From an uncultured delta proteobacterium (lineage in GTDB: Bacteria > Desulfobacterota > Desulfuromonadia > Desulfuromonadales > BM103): a DNA stretch of 64,000 bases. The stretch's first letter is position 1. Each line of letters opens with the position of its first letter. Both the position numbers and the translations under genes were made by a program. The stretch spans positions 90,237-154,236 of the forward strand of contig CAVQRZ010000006.1 of the NCBI GenBank assembly GCA_963715335.1, given 5' to 3'. This document shows positions 1-17,439 of the stretch, piece by piece. Under the pieces are notes generated by a model. The model had not been told where the DNA came from, searched no databases, and saw only the letters and a list, made by a program, of their open reading frames with translations.

Positions 1-748
1 CCCAAGGCGTTACAGGGTGACGGCCACCGGAGCTCTTACCCTCACCACCGCCGTGGGGATGATCAACCGGGTTCATGGCGACACCACGTGATTGCGGGCG
101 TTTGCCAAGCCAACGGTTACGTCCGGCTTTGCCGATCTTGATATTTTCATGATCAGTGTTACCGACCTGGCCAATCGTCGCAGAGCAATCCTGCAGCACC
201 AGTCGAACCTCGCCGGAAGGGAGACGCAGTTGAGCGTACTTGCCTTCCTTGGCGGCGATCATCGCATAGGTGCCTGCGCTTCTCGCCAACTGGCCACCCT
301 TACCGATTCGCAGCTCGACGTTGTGCACCCATGTACCAAGCGGGATCGAACGGATCTGCAGGGAGTTTCCGGGCACGATGTCAGCACTGTCGCTGGCAAT
401 GACTACGTCACCGACCTTGATACCGACGGGAGCCAAAATATAGCGTTTTTCGCCGTCCAGGTAACTCAGAAGCGCTATACGCGCTGAACGGTTGGGGTCG
501 TATTCTATTGATACAACCTTGGCCGGGACTTCGCGTTTGTCACGCTTGAAGTCAATAATCCTGTACTTGCGCTTGTGGCCACCGCCAGTATGCCGCTTGG
601 TAATCCGGCCCGTGTTGTTACGACCGCCGGATTTTTTCAGCGGTGCCAACAGTGACTTTTCCGGAGTTGATGTCGTGATTTCCTCGAAATTCGAGGCGGT
701 CATGTGACGTCGACCCGCAGATGTCGGCTTAAACTTTTTGATCCCCAT
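1..748 (-). CDS. rplB: 50S ribosomal protein L2 (3' part outside window)
   Basis: Minus strand from ATG at 748 reads [17 protein letters not shown]...; GGAG RBS; follows rplW. Not in the ORF track because it runs off the edge. Confidence 0.97.
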   Translation of the reverse strand, partial: MGIKKFKPTSAGRRHMTASNFEEITTSTPEKSLLAPLKKSGGRNNTGRITKRHTGGGHKRKYRIIDFKRDKREVPAKVVSIEYDPNRSARIALLSYLDGEKRYILAPVGIKVGDVVIASDSADIVPGNSLQIRSIPLGTWVHNVELRIGKGGQLARSAGTYAMIAAKEGKYAQLRLPSGEVRLVLQDCSATIGQVGNTDHENIKIGKAGRNRWLGKRPQSRGVAMNPVDHPHGGGEGKSSGGRHPVTPW

Positions 749-781
749 TATTGTTACTCCGTCAGATGGATATCAGACTTA

Positions 782-1066
782 TTAAACACCGAAGAAATCG
801 ATGGTGCCTTCCGCCAGGGTCACATATGCCTTTTTGACATTGGAACGCTTGCCAAAGTTACGACCGGTGCGCTTGACCTTGCCGGCAACGATTATGGTGC
901 GGACGTCCTGCACCTTGACGTTGAAAGCACGTTCAACAGCCTGCCTGATTTCGACCTTATTGCTATTCATGGCAACTTCAAATGCCACCACGTTGCCAGT
1001 CTCTTTCATCAGGTTGGACTTTTCCGTAATCAGGGGTTTCCTGATAATCTGATGCAAAGGTTTCAT
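782..1066 (-). CDS. rplW: 50S ribosomal protein L23
   Basis: KPLITEKS...KKAYVTL motifs; S10 operon order. Confidence 0.97.
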   Translation of the reverse strand: MKPLHQIIRKPLITEKSNLMKETGNVVAFEVAMNSNKVEIRQAVERAFNVKVQDVRTIIVAGKVKRTGRNFGKRSNVKKAYVTLAEGTIDFFGV

Positions 1067-1686
1067 TTTGCCAGAACTCCTTCGATCTGGTCGATCGCCG
1101 CTTCGGTCATGACCAGGTTAGGATACTTCAGGATGTCATAGACGTTGACACCCTCGGCACGCAGCACCTTGACAAAAGGCAGGTTGCGCGCTGACAACTC
1201 AAGATTCGTGTTCATCCCATCAACCACGATCAGAGCCTTTTTCAATTCAAACCGGTCAAGAACCTCAGCAAAACTCTTGGTACTGATTTTCTCAAGGTCG
1301 AGACCATTGACAACGGTCATGCATTCTTCCTTGTAACGGGCAGAGAGCGCACTGCGCAGCGCAGACTGTTTGACCTTACGGTTCAACTTGAATTTGTAGT
1401 CGCGAGGGGTCGGTCCGAAAACCACACCGCCGCCGACATGATTCGGCGCTGTCGGCGTGCCTTGACGGGCATTACCGGTGCCCTTCTGTTTATACGGTTT
1501 CTTGCCACCACCGCGAACTTCGCCGCGACTCTTGACCTTGACGGTACCCTGACGCCTTGCAGCGAGCTGGTAACGAACCATATCATGCAACAGGTATTCC
1601 TTGACGTCCGCGTTGAACACTTCATCAACCAGATCCCGCTCGGACACCTGCTTGCGGTTTATGTCATACACTACAATCTTTGCCAT
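1063..1686 (-). CDS. rplD: 50S ribosomal protein L4
   Basis: [19 protein letters not shown] motif. Confidence 0.98.
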   Translation of the reverse strand: MAKIVVYDINRKQVSERDLVDEVFNADVKEYLLHDMVRYQLAARRQGTVKVKSRGEVRGGGKKPYKQKGTGNARQGTPTAPNHVGGGVVFGPTPRDYKFKLNRKVKQSALRSALSARYKEECMTVVNGLDLEKISTKSFAEVLDRFELKKALIVVDGMNTNLELSARNLPFVKVLRAEGVNVYDILKYPNLVMTEAAIDQIEGVLAK

Positions 1687-1717
1687 AACTAAACTCCGGC
1701 ACTCAAACGAGTAATTA

Positions 1718-2353
1718 TCACTTGGCCTTGAAGGTCTTGCGCAACACTACCAGACCGTGATTCGCCCCGGGGATGGCCCCTTTGATCAGAATCAGGTTCT
1801 GTTCAGGACGAACCTCAACGATTTCCAGACCCTGCTGGGTGACACGGGCATTGCCCATCTGCCCCGGCATCTTCTTCCCCCTATGGACACGTGACGGCCA
1901 GGCGCTTGCCCCGATCGACCCGGGTGCCCGGTGAAACCTGGAGCCGTGCGTAGCACGCCCGCCAGAAAAATTCCAACGCTTGATGACCCCCTGGAAGCCC
2001 TTGCCTTTGCTGGTTCCGGTCACATCAATGACATCGCCGGGCTTGAAAACCGCGTCGCAGGTAATCTGATCACCAACTTGGTAGCCATCAACATTCTCAG
2101 CACCCAGTTCGCGCAGGTAAGCAAATGCGCCCTGATCAGCTTTTTTGAAATGTCCCATCATGGGCTTGGTCGCGCGATGGGTTTTCTTGGCTGAGAAACC
2201 AACCTGCAAAGCGTTGTAACCATCAGCGGATTCCGTCTTCTTCTGCAAGACGGTACAGGGGCCTGCCTCCACCACAGTCACCGGTACACGGCGGCCGTCG
2301 GCTACGAAGACCTGGGTCATGCCCAGTTTTTTACCCAAAATTCCCTGAATCAT
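1718..2353 (-). CDS. rplC: 50S ribosomal protein L3
   Basis: [10 protein letters not shown] and [15 protein letters not shown] motifs; ATG at 2353 (GTG at 2356 is an alternative). Confidence 0.98.
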   Translation of the reverse strand: MIQGILGKKLGMTQVFVADGRRVPVTVVEAGPCTVLQKKTESADGYNALQVGFSAKKTHRATKPMMGHFKKADQGAFAYLRELGAENVDGYQVGDQITCDAVFKPGDVIDVTGTSKGKGFQGVIKRWNFSGGRATHGSRFHRAPGSIGASAWPSRVHRGKKMPGQMGNARVTQQGLEIVEVRPEQNLILIKGAIPGANHGLVVLRKTFKAK

Positions 2354-2374
2354 CACTTTACCCTTAATTCGCTG

Positions 2375-2683
2375 TTACAGCTTGATCTCGACATCGACAC
2401 CGGCAGAAAGGTCTAGCTTCATCAAAGCATCAACCGTTTGCTGGGTCGGCTCAACGATATCAAGCAAGCGCTTGTGTGTACGCATCTCGAATTGCTCGCG
2501 GCTCTTCTTGTCAACATGTGGGCCACGCAGCACGCAGTACTTGTTGATCACTGTCGGCAGCGGAATCGGACCAGCCACTCTGGCTCCGGTACGTTTGGCC
2601 GTGTCGACAATCTCATTGACCGACTGGTCAAGCAGCTTGTGATCATATGCCTTGAGGCGGATACGAATCTTCTGACTCTGCAT
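2375..2683 (-). CDS. rpsJ: 30S ribosomal protein S10
   Basis: [11 protein letters not shown]...GPIPLPT...[13 protein letters not shown]. Confidence 0.98.
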   Translation of the reverse strand: MQSQKIRIRLKAYDHKLLDQSVNEIVDTAKRTGARVAGPIPLPTVINKYCVLRGPHVDKKSREQFEMRTHKRLLDIVEPTQQTVDALMKLDLSAGVDVEIKL

Positions 2684-2698
2684 GATCTCGTCCTTTAA

Positions 2699-3898
2699 TT
2701 ACTCAACAATATCGCTGACGACACCGGCGCCAACCGTGCGGCCACCTTCGCGGATTGCGAAGCGCAGTTCTTTGTCCATGGCGATCGGGGTGATCAGGTC
2801 GACAGTGATCGCTATGTTATCACCAGGCATGACCATCTCGGTCCCTTCCGGAAGCTCGACAATACCCGTTACGTCCGTCGTACGGAAGTAGAACTGCGGG
2901 CGGTAACCTTTGAAGAACGGGGTATGACGACCACCTTCCTCCTTGGTCAGGATGTAGGCTTCCGCCTTGAACTTGGTGTGCGGGGTAATGCTGCCCGGCT
3001 TCGCCAGGACCTGGCCACGCTCGATATCTTCACGTTTCACACCGCGCAGAAGAATCCCGCAGTTATCACCGGCCTGACCCTGGTCCAGAAGCTTGCGGAA
3101 CATCTCGACACCCGTCACGACCGACTTGGCGGTATCCTTGATGCCGACGATCGCAACTTCTTCGCCAACCTTGATGATGCCGCGCTCGACACGACCCGTG
3201 GCAACCGTGCCGCGACCGGAAATCGAGAACACGTCCTCGACCGGCATCAGGAACGGACGATCAATCGCACGCTCAGGCTCGGGGATGTACGAGTCGCACT
3301 GGCGCATCAGCTCCAGGACCGGCTCACAGGCGGCGCAGCCGTCGACGCCACAGCCGCACTCAAGGGCCTTCAGGGCGCTGCCGGGAATGATCGGAAGATC
3401 GTCACCGGGGAACTCGTAGGAGGAGAGCAGTTCACGGATCTCCAGCTCTACCAGCTCCATCAGTTCTTCGTCATCGACCATATCAGCCTTGTTCAAAAAA
3501 ACCACCATCGCGGGCACGCCAACCTGACGGGCAAGCAGGATGTGCTCGCGGGTCTGGGGCATCGGGCCGTCGGCAGCCGAGACCACCAGGATTGCACCGT
3601 CCATCTGCGCGGCGCCGGTGATCATGTTCTTAACGTAGTCAGCATGACCCGGGCAGTCGACGTGGGCGTAGTGACGGTTCTGCGTCTCGTACTCAACGTG
3701 TGCCGTGGCGATCGTGATACCGCGCTCACGCTCCTCGGGAGCGTTGTCGATCTGATCGAACGCTTTAAATACAGCGCCGCCTCGCGAGGACAGCACGTTC
3801 GTGATTGCTGCCGTCAAAGTCGTCTTGCCGTGGTCAACGTGACCGATCGTCCCAATGTTGACATGGGGCTTAGTCCGTTCAAACTTGGCTTTGGCCAT
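2699..3898 (-). CDS. tuf: Elongation factor Tu (str operon copy)
   Basis: [18 protein letters not shown] motifs; 399 aa. Confidence 0.99.
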   Translation of the reverse strand: MAKAKFERTKPHVNIGTIGHVDHGKTTLTAAITNVLSSRGGAVFKAFDQIDNAPEERERGITIATAHVEYETQNRHYAHVDCPGHADYVKNMITGAAQMDGAILVVSAADGPMPQTREHILLARQVGVPAMVVFLNKADMVDDEELMELVELEIRELLSSYEFPGDDLPIIPGSALKALECGCGVDGCAACEPVLELMRQCDSYIPEPERAIDRPFLMPVEDVFSISGRGTVATGRVERGIIKVGEEVAIVGIKDTAKSVVTGVEMFRKLLDQGQAGDNCGILLRGVKREDIERGQVLAKPGSITPHTKFKAEAYILTKEEGGRHTPFFKGYRPQFYFRTTDVTGIVELPEGTEMVMPGDNIAITVDLITPIAMDKELRFAIREGGRTVGAGVVSDIVE

Positions 3899-3936
3899 GG
3901 TCGTATCTCCTTATATTCTTGTGCTAAAAAGTTGAA

Positions 3937-6015
3937 TTAACCCTTGGTTTTGCTGATAATTTCTTCAGCAATCGCCTTGGGAACCTGTTCATAATGATCG
4001 AAGGTCATGGTGTAGGTCGCTCGTCCCTGGGTCGCACTGCGCAGGTCCGTAGAGTAACCGAACATGCTCGACAGAGGAACCTGGGCGCTGACAACCTGTG
4101 CTCCGCCACGTGCTTCCATCCCGGCAACCCGGCCACGACGACTGTTCAAATCGCCCATGACTTCGCCGAGGTATTCCTCAGGAAGGACGACTTCCACATC
4201 CATAACCGGCTCGAGCAGTATCGGCTTGGCCTTGGCAGCGCCTTCCTTGAAGCCCATCGAACCGGCAATTTTGAACGCCATCTCCGAAGAGTCAACATCA
4301 TGGTAGGAGCCGTCAAAGCAGGTCACCCTGACATCCACCAGCGGGAACCCTGCCAGGATACCGTTCTGAGCTGCTTGCTCAGCACCGGCACCGACTGCAG
4401 GGATATATTCCCGGGGGATAACACCGCCCTTGATCGCGTCGACGTACTCGAAACCGCCACCGGCCTCAAGGGGTTCAAGACGCAGATGACAATCGCCGTA
4501 TTGGCCGCGACCACCAGACTGACGGACAAACTTGCCCTGAACTTCAACGGTCTTGGTGATTGTTTCGCGGTACGCAACCTGGGGAGCGCCTATGTTCGCC
4601 TCGACCTTGAACTCTCGCCTCATGCGGTCAACGATGATCTCGAGGTGCAGCTCGCCCATGCCGGAGATAATCACCTGGCCTGTTTCCTCGTCGGTTTTGA
4701 CGCGCAAGGAGGGATCTTCCTGGACCAGCTTGCCGAGGGCGGTACCCATCTTTTCCTGGTCGCTCTTGGTCTTCGGTTCGATAGCGATATGGATAACCGG
4801 CTCCGGGAACTCCATGGCCTCAAGAATACAGGAAAGCTTGGGATCACAAAGAGTGTCGCCAGTCGTGGTGTGCTTCAGACCAACTGCGGCGGCAATATCG
4901 CCTGAATAGACCTGCTTGATCTCTTCACGCTTATTGGCATGCATTTTCAGCAGGCGGCCAAAGCGCTCCTTCTTGTCCTTGGTAGCATTAAGCACATGAG
5001 CACCGGACTCAGCGACGCCGGAATAGACACGAAAGAAGGTCAGCTGGCCGACAAACGGGTCCGTCATGACCTTGAAAGCCAGGGCCGCGAAAGGAGCGCT
5101 GTCGTCAGCGGGACGAGTCACTTCAGCACCGGTACCAGGTTCAATGCCCGGGATCGGTTTAACATCGAGAGGCGAAGGCATGTAATCAATCACTGCGTCC
5201 AGCAGTGTCTGCACACCCTTGTTTTTGAATGCCGTGCCGCACAGGACCGGGTTAATCTGCAGGGCCATTGTCGCCTTGCGGATGCCGGCCTTGACTTCTT
5301 CAATGGTGAGTTCTTCACCACCGAGATATTTCTCCATCAGTTCTTCATCTGAGGAGCTGATCTCTTCGAGCAAAGCTTCCCGAGCGGCTTCCGCATCATC
5401 CAGAAGATCTGCAGGGATATCCATAACTTCGTATTTGGCACCCATCGACTCGTCGCTCCAGATAATCGCTTTCATCTGGACCAGGTCAATAACACCACGA
5501 AAGAGGTCTTCTACGCCGATTGGCAGCTGAATTGGCACCGGGTTGGCACCAAGGCGGTCGCGCATCATCTTGACGCCGCGGTTGAAATCGGCGCCGACGC
5601 GGTCCATCTTGTTGATAAAGGCAATTCGGGGAACGCCGTACTTGTCGGCCTGACGCCAGACTGTCTCGGACTGGGGCTCAACGCCGCCAACCGAACAGAA
5701 CACGGCAACGGCGCCGTCCAGCACCTTCAGGGAGCGCTCTACCTCGATGGTAAAGTCAACATGTCCGGGGGTATCTATAATATTGACGCGGTGCTCTTTC
5801 CAGAAGCAGGTGGTTGCAGCCGAGGTGATTGTGATGCCACGCTCCTGCTCCTGCTCCATCCAGTCCATGGTGGCAGCGCCATCATGAACTTCACCGATCT
5901 TGTGGGAAACGCCAGTGTAATAGAGAATACGCTCGGTGGTGGTCGTTTTACCAGCATCAATGTGGGCCATGATACCGATATTACGGGTTTTATCTAATGC
6001 TACTTTGCGTGCCAC
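3937..6015 (-). CDS. fusA: Elongation factor G
   Basis: [20 protein letters not shown]; 692 aa; GTG start. Confidence 0.99.
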   Translation of the reverse strand: MARKVALDKTRNIGIMAHIDAGKTTTTERILYYTGVSHKIGEVHDGAATMDWMEQEQERGITITSAATTCFWKEHRVNIIDTPGHVDFTIEVERSLKVLDGAVAVFCSVGGVEPQSETVWRQADKYGVPRIAFINKMDRVGADFNRGVKMMRDRLGANPVPIQLPIGVEDLFRGVIDLVQMKAIIWSDESMGAKYEVMDIPADLLDDAEAAREALLEEISSSDEELMEKYLGGEELTIEEVKAGIRKATMALQINPVLCGTAFKNKGVQTLLDAVIDYMPSPLDVKPIPGIEPGTGAEVTRPADDSAPFAALAFKVMTDPFVGQLTFFRVYSGVAESGAHVLNATKDKKERFGRLLKMHANKREEIKQVYSGDIAAAVGLKHTTTGDTLCDPKLSCILEAMEFPEPVIHIAIEPKTKSDQEKMGTALGKLVQEDPSLRVKTDEETGQVIISGMGELHLEIIVDRMRREFKVEANIGAPQVAYRETITKTVEVQGKFVRQSGGRGQYGDCHLRLEPLEAGGGFEYVDAIKGGVIPREYIPAVGAGAEQAAQNGILAGFPLVDVRVTCFDGSYHDVDSSEMAFKIAGSMGFKEGAAKAKPILLEPVMDVEVVLPEEYLGEVMGDLNSRRGRVAGMEARGGAQVVSAQVPLSSMFGYSTDLRSATQGRATYTMTFDHYEQVPKAIAEEIISKTKG

Positions 6016-6033
6016 AGCAGTTCGTCCTCCGCC

Positions 6034-6504
6034 TTACCAGCGATAATGAGCGAAGGCTTTGTTAGCTTCGGCCATGCGATGTACATCTTCGCGTTTTTTA
6101 ACGGATGAGCCACGGTTTCCAGCCGCATCCATGAACTCACCGGCGAGGCGCTCCTGCATGGTTTTTTCACCACGACCGCGAGCGAAACCTACGATCCAGC
6201 GAATCGCCAGGGCATTACGACGTTCATTGCGAACCTCGACCGGCACCTGGTAGGTGGAACCACCAACACGACGGGACTTGACTTCGACAGTCGGACGAAC
6301 GTTTTCCAGGGCCTTCTTGAAGACCTCGACCGGCTCATCACCGGAACGCGACTTGATCAGGTCAAAAGCACCGTAAACGATATTTTCGGCGGTACTCTTC
6401 TTACCGTCAAGCATCAGAGCATTGACGAACTTGGCCACCAGTTGATCGTGGAATTTCGGATCAGGCAGGATAACCCGCTTGGCTACTTCTCTTCTTCTCG
6501 GCAT
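6034..6504 (-). CDS. rpsG: 30S ribosomal protein S7
   Basis: MPRRR...[12 protein letters not shown]...[12 protein letters not shown]. Confidence 0.99.
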   Translation of the reverse strand: MPRRREVAKRVILPDPKFHDQLVAKFVNALMLDGKKSTAENIVYGAFDLIKSRSGDEPVEVFKKALENVRPTVEVKSRRVGGSTYQVPVEVRNERRNALAIRWIVGFARGRGEKTMQERLAGEFMDAAGNRGSSVKKREDVHRMAEANKAFAHYRW

Positions 6505-6526
6505 AACGTCCTCTTCCGTCTCTCAA

Positions 6527-6898
6527 TTACTTGGGCCGCTTGGCACCGTATCTGGAACGCGACTGCTTACGGTCTTTAACCCCCGCAAGGTCAAGGGCAC
6601 CACGGACGATCGTATAACGAACGCCGGGAAGGTCTTTGACCCGGCCGCCACGGACCAGCACCACTGAGTGCTCCTGCAGGTTATGTCCGACACCCGGAAT
6701 GTATGTAGTAATAACCATTCCATTGGTCAGGCGGACACGGGCAACTTTACGAAGCGCCGAGTTAGGCTTCTTCGGGGTCGTGGTGTACACGCGGGTACAT
6801 ACGCCACGCTTTTGAGGGTTACCCCTTAGCGCAGGCGCTGTTGATTTATCTTGTTTTTTCTCACGACCCATACGGATCAACTGATTGATCGTCGGCAT
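6527..6898 (-). CDS. rpsL: 30S ribosomal protein S12
   Basis: MPTINQL...[11 protein letters not shown]...[10 protein letters not shown]. Confidence 0.99.
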   Translation of the reverse strand: MPTINQLIRMGREKKQDKSTAPALRGNPQKRGVCTRVYTTTPKKPNSALRKVARVRLTNGMVITTYIPGVGHNLQEHSVVLVRGGRVKDLPGVRYTIVRGALDLAGVKDRKQSRSRYGAKRPK

Positions 6899-6968
6899 CG
6901 AATCACTCCCGAATTTGCGTATTCATGACGTTAAAAGAACAGGTTTTCTCACAGGAGAAAACCCGCTG

Positions 6969-6997
6969 AATCTAGCAAAGCGGGCCCTCCCTGTCAA
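6969..6997 (-). promoter_or_regulatory. sigma70 promoter of the str operon
   Basis: Minus strand TTGACA-17 nt-TAGATT with extended TG; a leader hairpin GGTTTTCTC-N4-GAGAAAACC follows (~6942-6963). Confidence 0.7.
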
Positions 6998-7042
6998 GTA
7001 CTTATTGTAGCGAACAGCTTTTTTTATCAGCCGGCTGAAAAA

Positions 7043-11227
<4,185 letters not shown>

Positions 11228-11269
11228 GACACATCCTCCTTTTCAGGATGAGGGGTTTGCGCAGCAGTA

Positions 11270-14200
11270 TCAGTCCTCTTCTTCCAGCAACTCGACGTCG
11301 AGACAGAGTGCCTGAAGCTCTTTGATAAGGACGTTGAACGATTCCGGGAGACCCGCTTCAAGGGTATGCTTGCCCTTGACGATCGCCTCGTAAATCCGGG
11401 TCCGGCCGGCCACGTCATCCGACTTGACCGTAAGGAATTCCTGCAGGGCGTGAGCTGCACCGTAAGCTTCCATAGCCCAGACCTCCATCTCACCGAGCCG
11501 CTGGCCGCCGAACTGGGCCTTACCGCCCAGCGGCTGTTGGGTGACCAGGCTGTAGGGGCCGATACTACGGGCATGGATCTTATCGTCAACCAGGTGATGC
11601 AGCTTGAGCATGTACATGATGCCGACGGTGACCTTCTCCTTGAAGGCTTCGCCGGTCCGTCCATCATGCAGGGTCATCTGCCCGTCAAGGGGCATACCCG
11701 CACGCTCCAGCTCGATTTTGATCTGGTCTTCGTGGACACCTTCAAAGACCGGGGACGCCATGGGGATGCCATGACTGAGCCGGCGAGCCAGACTGAGGAC
11801 ATCTTCATCACTCAGTTCATCGATGAAAGTGTTCAGCTCCTTGTTGCCGTAGATGTCCTTGATCTGCTTGCGCAGCTTTTTCGGCTCCGTCATCTTGTCG
11901 ATTGCGGCCTGGATCTGCTCACCAAGGAAGCGTGAGGCCAAGCCAAGATGGGTCTCCAGAATCTGACCGACGTTCATACGTGACGGGACACCGAGCGGGT
12001 TAAGCACGATTTCAACCGGAGTGCCATCCGCCATGTAAGGCATGTCTTCTTCGGGCAGGATCCGCGACAGGACACCTTTGTTACCATGGCGGCCGGCCAT
12101 CTTGTCACCAACCGAGAGCTTACGCTTGATGGCGATGTAGACCTTGACCATCTTGATAACGCCCGGAGGCAGGTCATCGCCGCGCTTGAGCTTTTCAATC
12201 TTGTCGGCGAAGACGGTTTTGATGATCTCCTCCCGCTCCCGCAGACGTCTTGATGTTTCAGTAACCCTGGCTTCGGCCTTTTCGTCAGACAGGGAAATTT
12301 CGCCCCAGAGGCTGAACGGAATCGATTCGAGCGCCTTGATGGTAATCTTGTGACCCTTCGGCAGCAAGGTCTTGCCGTCACGATCCTTGACCGGCACTGA
12401 GACCGCCTGGTCGTTCAACAGGGCCGCCAGCTTGCGTTGGGCAGACTCCCGGATGATGCGTATTTCATCGTTCTGGTCCTTGAGCAGCTTGTCAATTTCG
12501 GTCTGCTCAATAAACTCGGTGCGGGTATCCTTGTCCAGGCCCTTACGGGAGAAGACCCGGGCACCGATGACCACCCCTTCGACACCAGGCGGCACACGCA
12601 GCGAGGTATCCCGCACATCACCGGCTTTTTCACCGAAGATTGCGCGCAGGAGCTTCTCTTCCGGCGACAACTGGGTCTCACCTTTGGGTGTGATCTTGCC
12701 GACCAGGATATCGGTCGGTTTGACTTCCGCGCCGATCCGGATGATGCCGCTTTCGTCGAGGTTGCGCAGTGCATCTTCGCCGAGGTTGGGGATATCGTCG
12801 GTGATCTCTTCCTTGCCCAGCTTGGTATCGCGGGCAACACACTCGAACTCCTCGACATGAATCGAGGTATAGCGATCTTCTTTGACCAGCTTCTCGGAGA
12901 TCAGGATCGAGTCCTCGAAGTTGTAACCGCCCCAAGGCATAAAGGCGACCAGAACGTTCTGCCCAAGGGCCAATTCGCCCCACTGGGTGGAAGGCCCGTC
13001 GGCGATGATCTCGCCACGCTTGACCTTATCGCCGACCTTGACAATCGGTTTCTGGTTGAGGCAGGTGTTCTGGTTGGAACGGATAAACTTGATCAGGTTG
13101 TAGATATCAACGCCGGTGCCTGTTTCATCGACCTCGTTGTCGTCGATCTTGACGACGATGCGGCCAGCGTCAACATTTTCGACAACACCATTGTGGCGGG
13201 CAACGACTGCAGAGCCGGAGTCGTGGGCGACAATCCGCTCCATACCTGTCCCGACCAGCGGAGCATCGGCACGCAGCAGGGGCACAGCCTGTCGCTGCAT
13301 GTTGGAACCCATCAGGGCACGGTTCGCATCGTCATTCTCCAGGAACGGGATGAGAGCCGCAGCAACTGAGACCAGCTGCTTGGGCGACACGTCCATCAGT
13401 TCGATCTCGCCCTGGTTGATGAGCATGAACTCACCGTTCTTCCGAGCGTTGACCAATTCATTAACGAAGCAGTTTTTCTTGTCGAGCGGGGCGTTGGCCT
13501 GAGCGATTGCGTGCCCCTCTTCCTCGAGTGCCGAGAAATATTGGATCTCGTTTGAGACCTTGCCGTCCTTGACAATGCGGTAGGGCGTCTCGACGAAACC
13601 GTGGACATTGATCCGGGCATAGGTCGACAGTGACGCAATCAGACCGATGTTCGGACCTTCGGGAGTCTCAATCGGGCAAACACGGCCATAGTGCGTCGCA
13701 TGCACGTCACGGACTTCAAAACCTGCACGTTCGCGGGTCAGACCGCCGGGTCCGAGAGCCGAGAGGCGGCGTTTGTGGGTAATTTCAGAAAGCGGGTTGG
13801 TCTGGTCCATGAACTGGGAGAGCTGACTCGAGCCGAAGAACTCTTTGACCACGGCCGAGACCGGCTTGGAATTGATCAGGTCATGGGGCATCAGGCTGTC
13901 AACTTCCTGCAGGCTCATGCGCTCCTTGATTGCACGCTCCATGCGCACCAGGCCGACACGGTACTGGTTCTCAAGCAGTTCGCCAACCGCACGCACGCGA
14001 CGATTGCCGAGATGGTCAATGTCATCGATCTTGACCGGCAGATGGCGCGTATTCCCTTTGTCGTCAGAGACTTCCCAATCGTTGACACCGTTGCGCAGGT
14101 CGATCAGGTAGCGCACAACTTCGAGGATGTCTTCTTTGGTCAGGGTCGTTATCTCAAGAGGCAGCTTCAGCCCGAGCTTGTGATTCAGCTTGAGACGCCC

Positions 14201-15421
14201 GACCGTGGAGAGGTCATAGCGCTCCTCGTTGAAGAAGAGGCTCGAGAAAAGCGCGTCTGAGCTCTTGAGAGTCGGCGGATCACCGGGGCGCAGGCGACGG
14301 TAGATCTCGACCTTGGCTTCTTCGGGCGAGGCGACCTTATCCTGCAGCAGAGTGTCGCGCAGGAAGGGGCCGACATACATGTGGTCAATAAAGAGGACCG
14401 TGAAGCGGTTGATGCCGCGCTTGGCCAGTTCTTCAAGCCTGGCGGCGGTCATCTCTTCATTGCACTCGACGACAACTTCACCAGTCGCTTTGTCAATGAT
14501 GTCCGTCGAAGAAATCTTGCCGATGACCTCCTCTTCCGGGACATCAATAAACTCGATCTTCTTTTCATCGATTTTGCGGATTGCCGACTTGGTGAATTTA
14601 CGGTTGGCCTTGACCAGCACCTCGCCATCGGCGTCAAACACATCGACGGTGGTCCGCTGCCCGAGAAGGAGCTGGGTATTGACCTTCTTGCGATAGATGC
14701 CATCTTCAACGAAGATTTCATCTGTATCGTAATAGTGATTCAGGAGCTCCTCGGCAGAGAAGCCCAGGGCTTTCAAAAGTACGGTCGCCGGCAGCTTGCG
14801 GCGACGGTCGATTCGTACAAAAAGGATATCTTTATGATCAAAATCGAAATCGAGCCAGGAACCCCGGTACGGGATCACCCGGGCGCTGTAAAGCACCTTG
14901 CCGCTCGAGTGCGTCTTGCCCTTGTCGTGGTCGAAAAAGACCCCGGGCGAACGATGCAGCTGACTGACAATGACACGTTCAGTACCATTGATGATGAAAG
15001 TACCGTTTTCCGTCATCAGTGGAATTTCACCGAAATAGACTTCCTGCTCCTTGATGTCGCGGATCGACTGTACGCCGGATTCCTTATCGACATCCCAGGA
15101 GACCAGTCGCACCTTGACCTTCATCGGGGCGGCAAAAGTCATCCCCCTCTGGTGGCACTCCTCGACATCGTACTTCGGGGTGCCCAGCGAGTATTCAACA
15201 TACTCAAGGGAGCAGGTTTCACTAAAATCCCGGATCGGGAAGACCGAGCGGAAGACCGCCTCGACGCCGATGTTCTGGCGAGCGGTCGCAGGCAGATCCG
15301 CCTGCAGGAAACGCTGATAGGAATTCTTTTGGATATCAATCAGGTTAGGGATATCGATGATCCGCTTGATTTCCTGAAAGTGTTTCCTAAGAAGCTGGTT
15401 ATTCGCAATCGAATAAGCCAT
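11270..15421 (-). CDS. rpoB: RNA polymerase beta subunit
   Basis: [12 protein letters not shown]; rifampicin region [21 protein letters not shown]. Confidence 0.99.
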   Translation of the reverse strand: MAYSIANNQLLRKHFQEIKRIIDIPNLIDIQKNSYQRFLQADLPATARQNIGVEAVFRSVFPIRDFSETCSLEYVEYSLGTPKYDVEECHQRGMTFAAPMKVKVRLVSWDVDKESGVQSIRDIKEQEVYFGEIPLMTENGTFIINGTERVIVSQLHRSPGVFFDHDKGKTHSSGKVLYSARVIPYRGSWLDFDFDHKDILFVRIDRRRKLPATVLLKALGFSAEELLNHYYDTDEIFVEDGIYRKKVNTQLLLGQRTTVDVFDADGEVLVKANRKFTKSAIRKIDEKKIEFIDVPEEEVIGKISSTDIIDKATGEVVVECNEEMTAARLEELAKRGINRFTVLFIDHMYVGPFLRDTLLQDKVASPEEAKVEIYRRLRPGDPPTLKSSDALFSSLFFNEERYDLSTVGRLKLNHKLGLKLPLEITTLTKEDILEVVRYLIDLRNGVNDWEVSDDKGNTRHLPVKIDDIDHLGNRRVRAVGELLENQYRVGLVRMERAIKERMSLQEVDSLMPHDLINSKPVSAVVKEFFGSSQLSQFMDQTNPLSEITHKRRLSALGPGGLTRERAGFEVRDVHATHYGRVCPIETPEGPNIGLIASLSTYARINVHGFVETPYRIVKDGKVSNEIQYFSALEEEGHAIAQANAPLDKKNCFVNELVNARKNGEFMLINQGEIELMDVSPKQLVSVAAALIPFLENDDANRALMGSNMQRQAVPLLRADAPLVGTGMERIVAHDSGSAVVARHNGVVENVDAGRIVVKIDDNEVDETGTGVDIYNLIKFIRSNQNTCLNQKPIVKVGDKVKRGEIIADGPSTQWGELALGQNVLVAFMPWGGYNFEDSILISEKLVKEDRYTSIHVEEFECVARDTKLGKEEITDDIPNLGEDALRNLDESGIIRIGAEVKPTDILVGKITPKGETQLSPEEKLLRAIFGEKAGDVRDTSLRVPPGVEGVVIGARVFSRKGLDKDTRTEFIEQTEIDKLLKDQNDEIRIIRESAQRKLAALLNDQAVSVPVKDRDGKTLLPKGHKITIKALESIPFSLWGEISLSDEKAEARVTETSRRLREREEIIKTVFADKIEKLKRGDDLPPGVIKMVKVYIAIKRKLSVGDKMAGRHGNKGVLSRILPEEDMPYMADGTPVEIVLNPLGVPSRMNVGQILETHLGLASRFLGEQIQAAIDKMTEPKKLRKQIKDIYGNKELNTFIDELSDEDVLSLARRLSHGIPMASPVFEGVHEDQIKIELERAGMPLDGQMTLHDGRTGEAFKEKVTVGIMYMLKLHHLVDDKIHARSIGPYSLVTQQPLGGKAQFGGQRLGEMEVWAMEAYGAAHALQEFLTVKSDDVAGRTRIYEAIVKGKHTLEAGLPESFNVLIKELQALCLDVELLEEED

Positions 15422-15453
15422 GGTGTCTCCTCATTATGTTGACTAAAGTATAA

Positions 15454-15484
15454 TAGCCAAGGCCACTCAAGGTGGCCTTGGCTA
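15454..15484 (-). terminator. Hairpin terminator/attenuator between rplL and rpoB
   Basis: 13-bp perfect stem TAGCCAAGGCCAC/GTGGCCTTGGCTA followed by TTATACTTT on the minus strand. Confidence 0.6.
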
Positions 15485-15509
15485 GGACGTGATTATCCGA
15501 GACGGGCTA

Positions 15510-15896
15510 CTACTTGAGCTCCACGCTGGCGCCAGCTTCTTCCAGCTGGGTCTTGATGCCTTCGGCTTCTTCCTTGCCCGCGGCTTCTTTGACAGTGTTA
15601 GGGGCGCCGTCGACCAGGTCCTTGGCTTCTTTCAGGCCCAGACCGGTGATCGCACGCACAACCTTGATGACATTGATCTTCTTGTCGCCGACAGCAGTGA
15701 GCACGACATCAAATTCGGTCTTCTCTTCTTCAGCGGCAGCCTCGCCACCGCCGGCCGGTCCAGCGGCAGCAACTGCAACAGGTGCAGCAGCAGAGACGCC
15801 GAATTTTTCTTCCAGTTCCTTGACCATTTCAGCCAACTCAAGGACGCTCATCTTCTCGATGAATTCAATAACCTGTTCTTTAGTGATTGCAGCCAT
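15510..15896 (-). CDS. rplL: 50S ribosomal protein L7/L12
   Basis: [10 protein letters not shown]...[10 protein letters not shown]...[11 protein letters not shown]. Confidence 0.98.
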   Translation of the reverse strand: MAAITKEQVIEFIEKMSVLELAEMVKELEEKFGVSAAAPVAVAAAGPAGGGEAAAEEEKTEFDVVLTAVGDKKINVIKVVRAITGLGLKEAKDLVDGAPNTVKEAAGKEEAEGIKTQLEEAGASVELK

Positions 15897-15965
15897 TTTC
15901 TGTATCCTCCGTAATCCTGTATCGATATTTTTTAGATTGTTAATTTGATGTCAGCCAGAGCAATC

Positions 15966-16487
15966 TCAGGCCGCTTCCTTCTGGTCCTTGATCGCAGCCA
16001 AAACCTGTACGAACGAGCGTGGTACTGCGGCCAGAACACCGACAAAGTTGGTTGCCGGAGCACTCATTGAGCCCAGCATCTTGGCCAGCAGTTGTTCGCG
16101 GCTCGGCAGGTCCGACAACGCCTTGATCGCATTGGCGTCAAGCAGTTTACCATCGAGCATTCCCGCCTTCAGTTCGAAGACTCCGTGCTTTTTGGCAAAA
16201 TCCACCAGAGCCTTGGCGGGAGCAACCGGGTCATCCTTGACCAAGGCGATAGCGGTCGGTCCGCTCAGGTACTTGTCGAGACAACCCGCGTCGGTATCCT
16301 TTGCCGCCAGGCGTAGCAGGGTGTTTTTGACAACGCGGTACTCAACCCCGAGTTCCCGGAGCTTGTTCCGCAAATCATTGGCCTGGTCTACGTCCAGGCC
16401 GCGATAGTCCGCCAGAAAAGCAGCCTTGGCTTCCTTGAGTTTTTGCGCAAATTCCGCGACCAGAGTTTCTTTGCTTTGTTTATTCAA
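15966..16487 (-). CDS. rplJ: 50S ribosomal protein L10
   Basis: DYRGL...VVKNTL...[12 protein letters not shown] start. Confidence 0.97.
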   Translation of the reverse strand: MNKQSKETLVAEFAQKLKEAKAAFLADYRGLDVDQANDLRNKLRELGVEYRVVKNTLLRLAAKDTDAGCLDKYLSGPTAIALVKDDPVAPAKALVDFAKKHGVFELKAGMLDGKLLDANAIKALSDLPSREQLLAKMLGSMSAPATNFVGVLAAVPRSFVQVLAAIKDQKEAA

Positions 16488-16584
16488 CGTCTCTCCTCCT
16501 TTCCTTGTAGATTTCAGAGCTAATGACTTAGCTCCTCATCCCAGCCTTCATGAAGGTGAAGAAGAGACCGCATGTCTCATACAC

Positions 16585-16655
16585 CATCCATCTCGCCTCG
16601 GCAGGTGGTCTCGCCATTAAACCGTTAAGTACCTGCTGTCTGTGGCCAGGACTTG
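16585..16655 (-). promoter_or_regulatory. L10 leader (ribosomal protein autoregulatory RNA)
   Basis: Minus strand AGACAGCAGG...TTAA...CCTGCCGAGG upstream of rplJ matches the typical L10 leader core; ends approximate. Confidence 0.75.
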
Positions 16656-16705
16656 CTTTATCCTGTGATGCCGCACCACAAGTGTGATGCGACTTGATGC
16701 CTGTC

Positions 16706-17407
16706 TTACTTGGCCAGCGCCTGCAACTCGGGGACGTCGACATTGACACCGGGTCCCATGGTTGCGGAGATTGTCACTTTCTTTACGTAGGTACCCTTGG
16801 CGGTAGACGGCTTGGCCTTAATCAGGGCGTCCATCAGGGTAACCAGGTTGCCCTTGAGTTTCTCAGCATCAAAGGAAACCTTGCCGACCGGGGCATGCAC
16901 GATGCCAGCCTTTTCTGCACGGTACTCGACCTTGCCCGACTTTGCTTCACTGACGGCCCGGGCGATCTCAAAGGTAACCGTGCCAACCTTGGGGTTGGGC
17001 ATCAGGCTGCGGGGGCCGAGCAGCTTGCCGATCTTGCCGACGGTGCCCATCATGTCAGGTGTGGCTATGGCGGTATCAAAATCGAACCAGCCACCCTTGA
17101 TCTTCTCGACCAGGTCGTCGCCACCAACATAGTCAGCGCCGGCTTCCTGGGCCTCCAGAGCCTTTTCCCCTTTGGCAAAAACCAGCACCCGGATCGTCTT
17201 GCCGAGACCATTTGGCAGCACCACGGCGCCACGGACCATCTGGTCGGCCTTACGGGGGTCAACACCGAGCTTTACCGAGACATCGACCGACTCGTCGAAT
17301 TTGGCGTAAGCCGTTTCCTTAACCAGGGCCAACGCCTCGTCAACTGTATAGATCCTGGTACGGTCGATCTTGTCCTTGGACGCTTTGAACTGTTTTCCTG
17401 TCGCCAT
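16706..17407 (-). CDS. rplA: 50S ribosomal protein L1
   Basis: KFDESVD...[14 protein letters not shown]...[11 protein letters not shown]. Confidence 0.98.
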   Translation of the reverse strand: MATGKQFKASKDKIDRTRIYTVDEALALVKETAYAKFDESVDVSVKLGVDPRKADQMVRGAVVLPNGLGKTIRVLVFAKGEKALEAQEAGADYVGGDDLVEKIKGGWFDFDTAIATPDMMGTVGKIGKLLGPRSLMPNPKVGTVTFEIARAVSEAKSGKVEYRAEKAGIVHAPVGKVSFDAEKLKGNLVTLMDALIKAKPSTAKGTYVKKVTISATMGPGVNVDVPELQALAK

Positions 17408-17439
17408 TGTCTATCTTCTCCGCGTTCAGCGTGTAGTAA

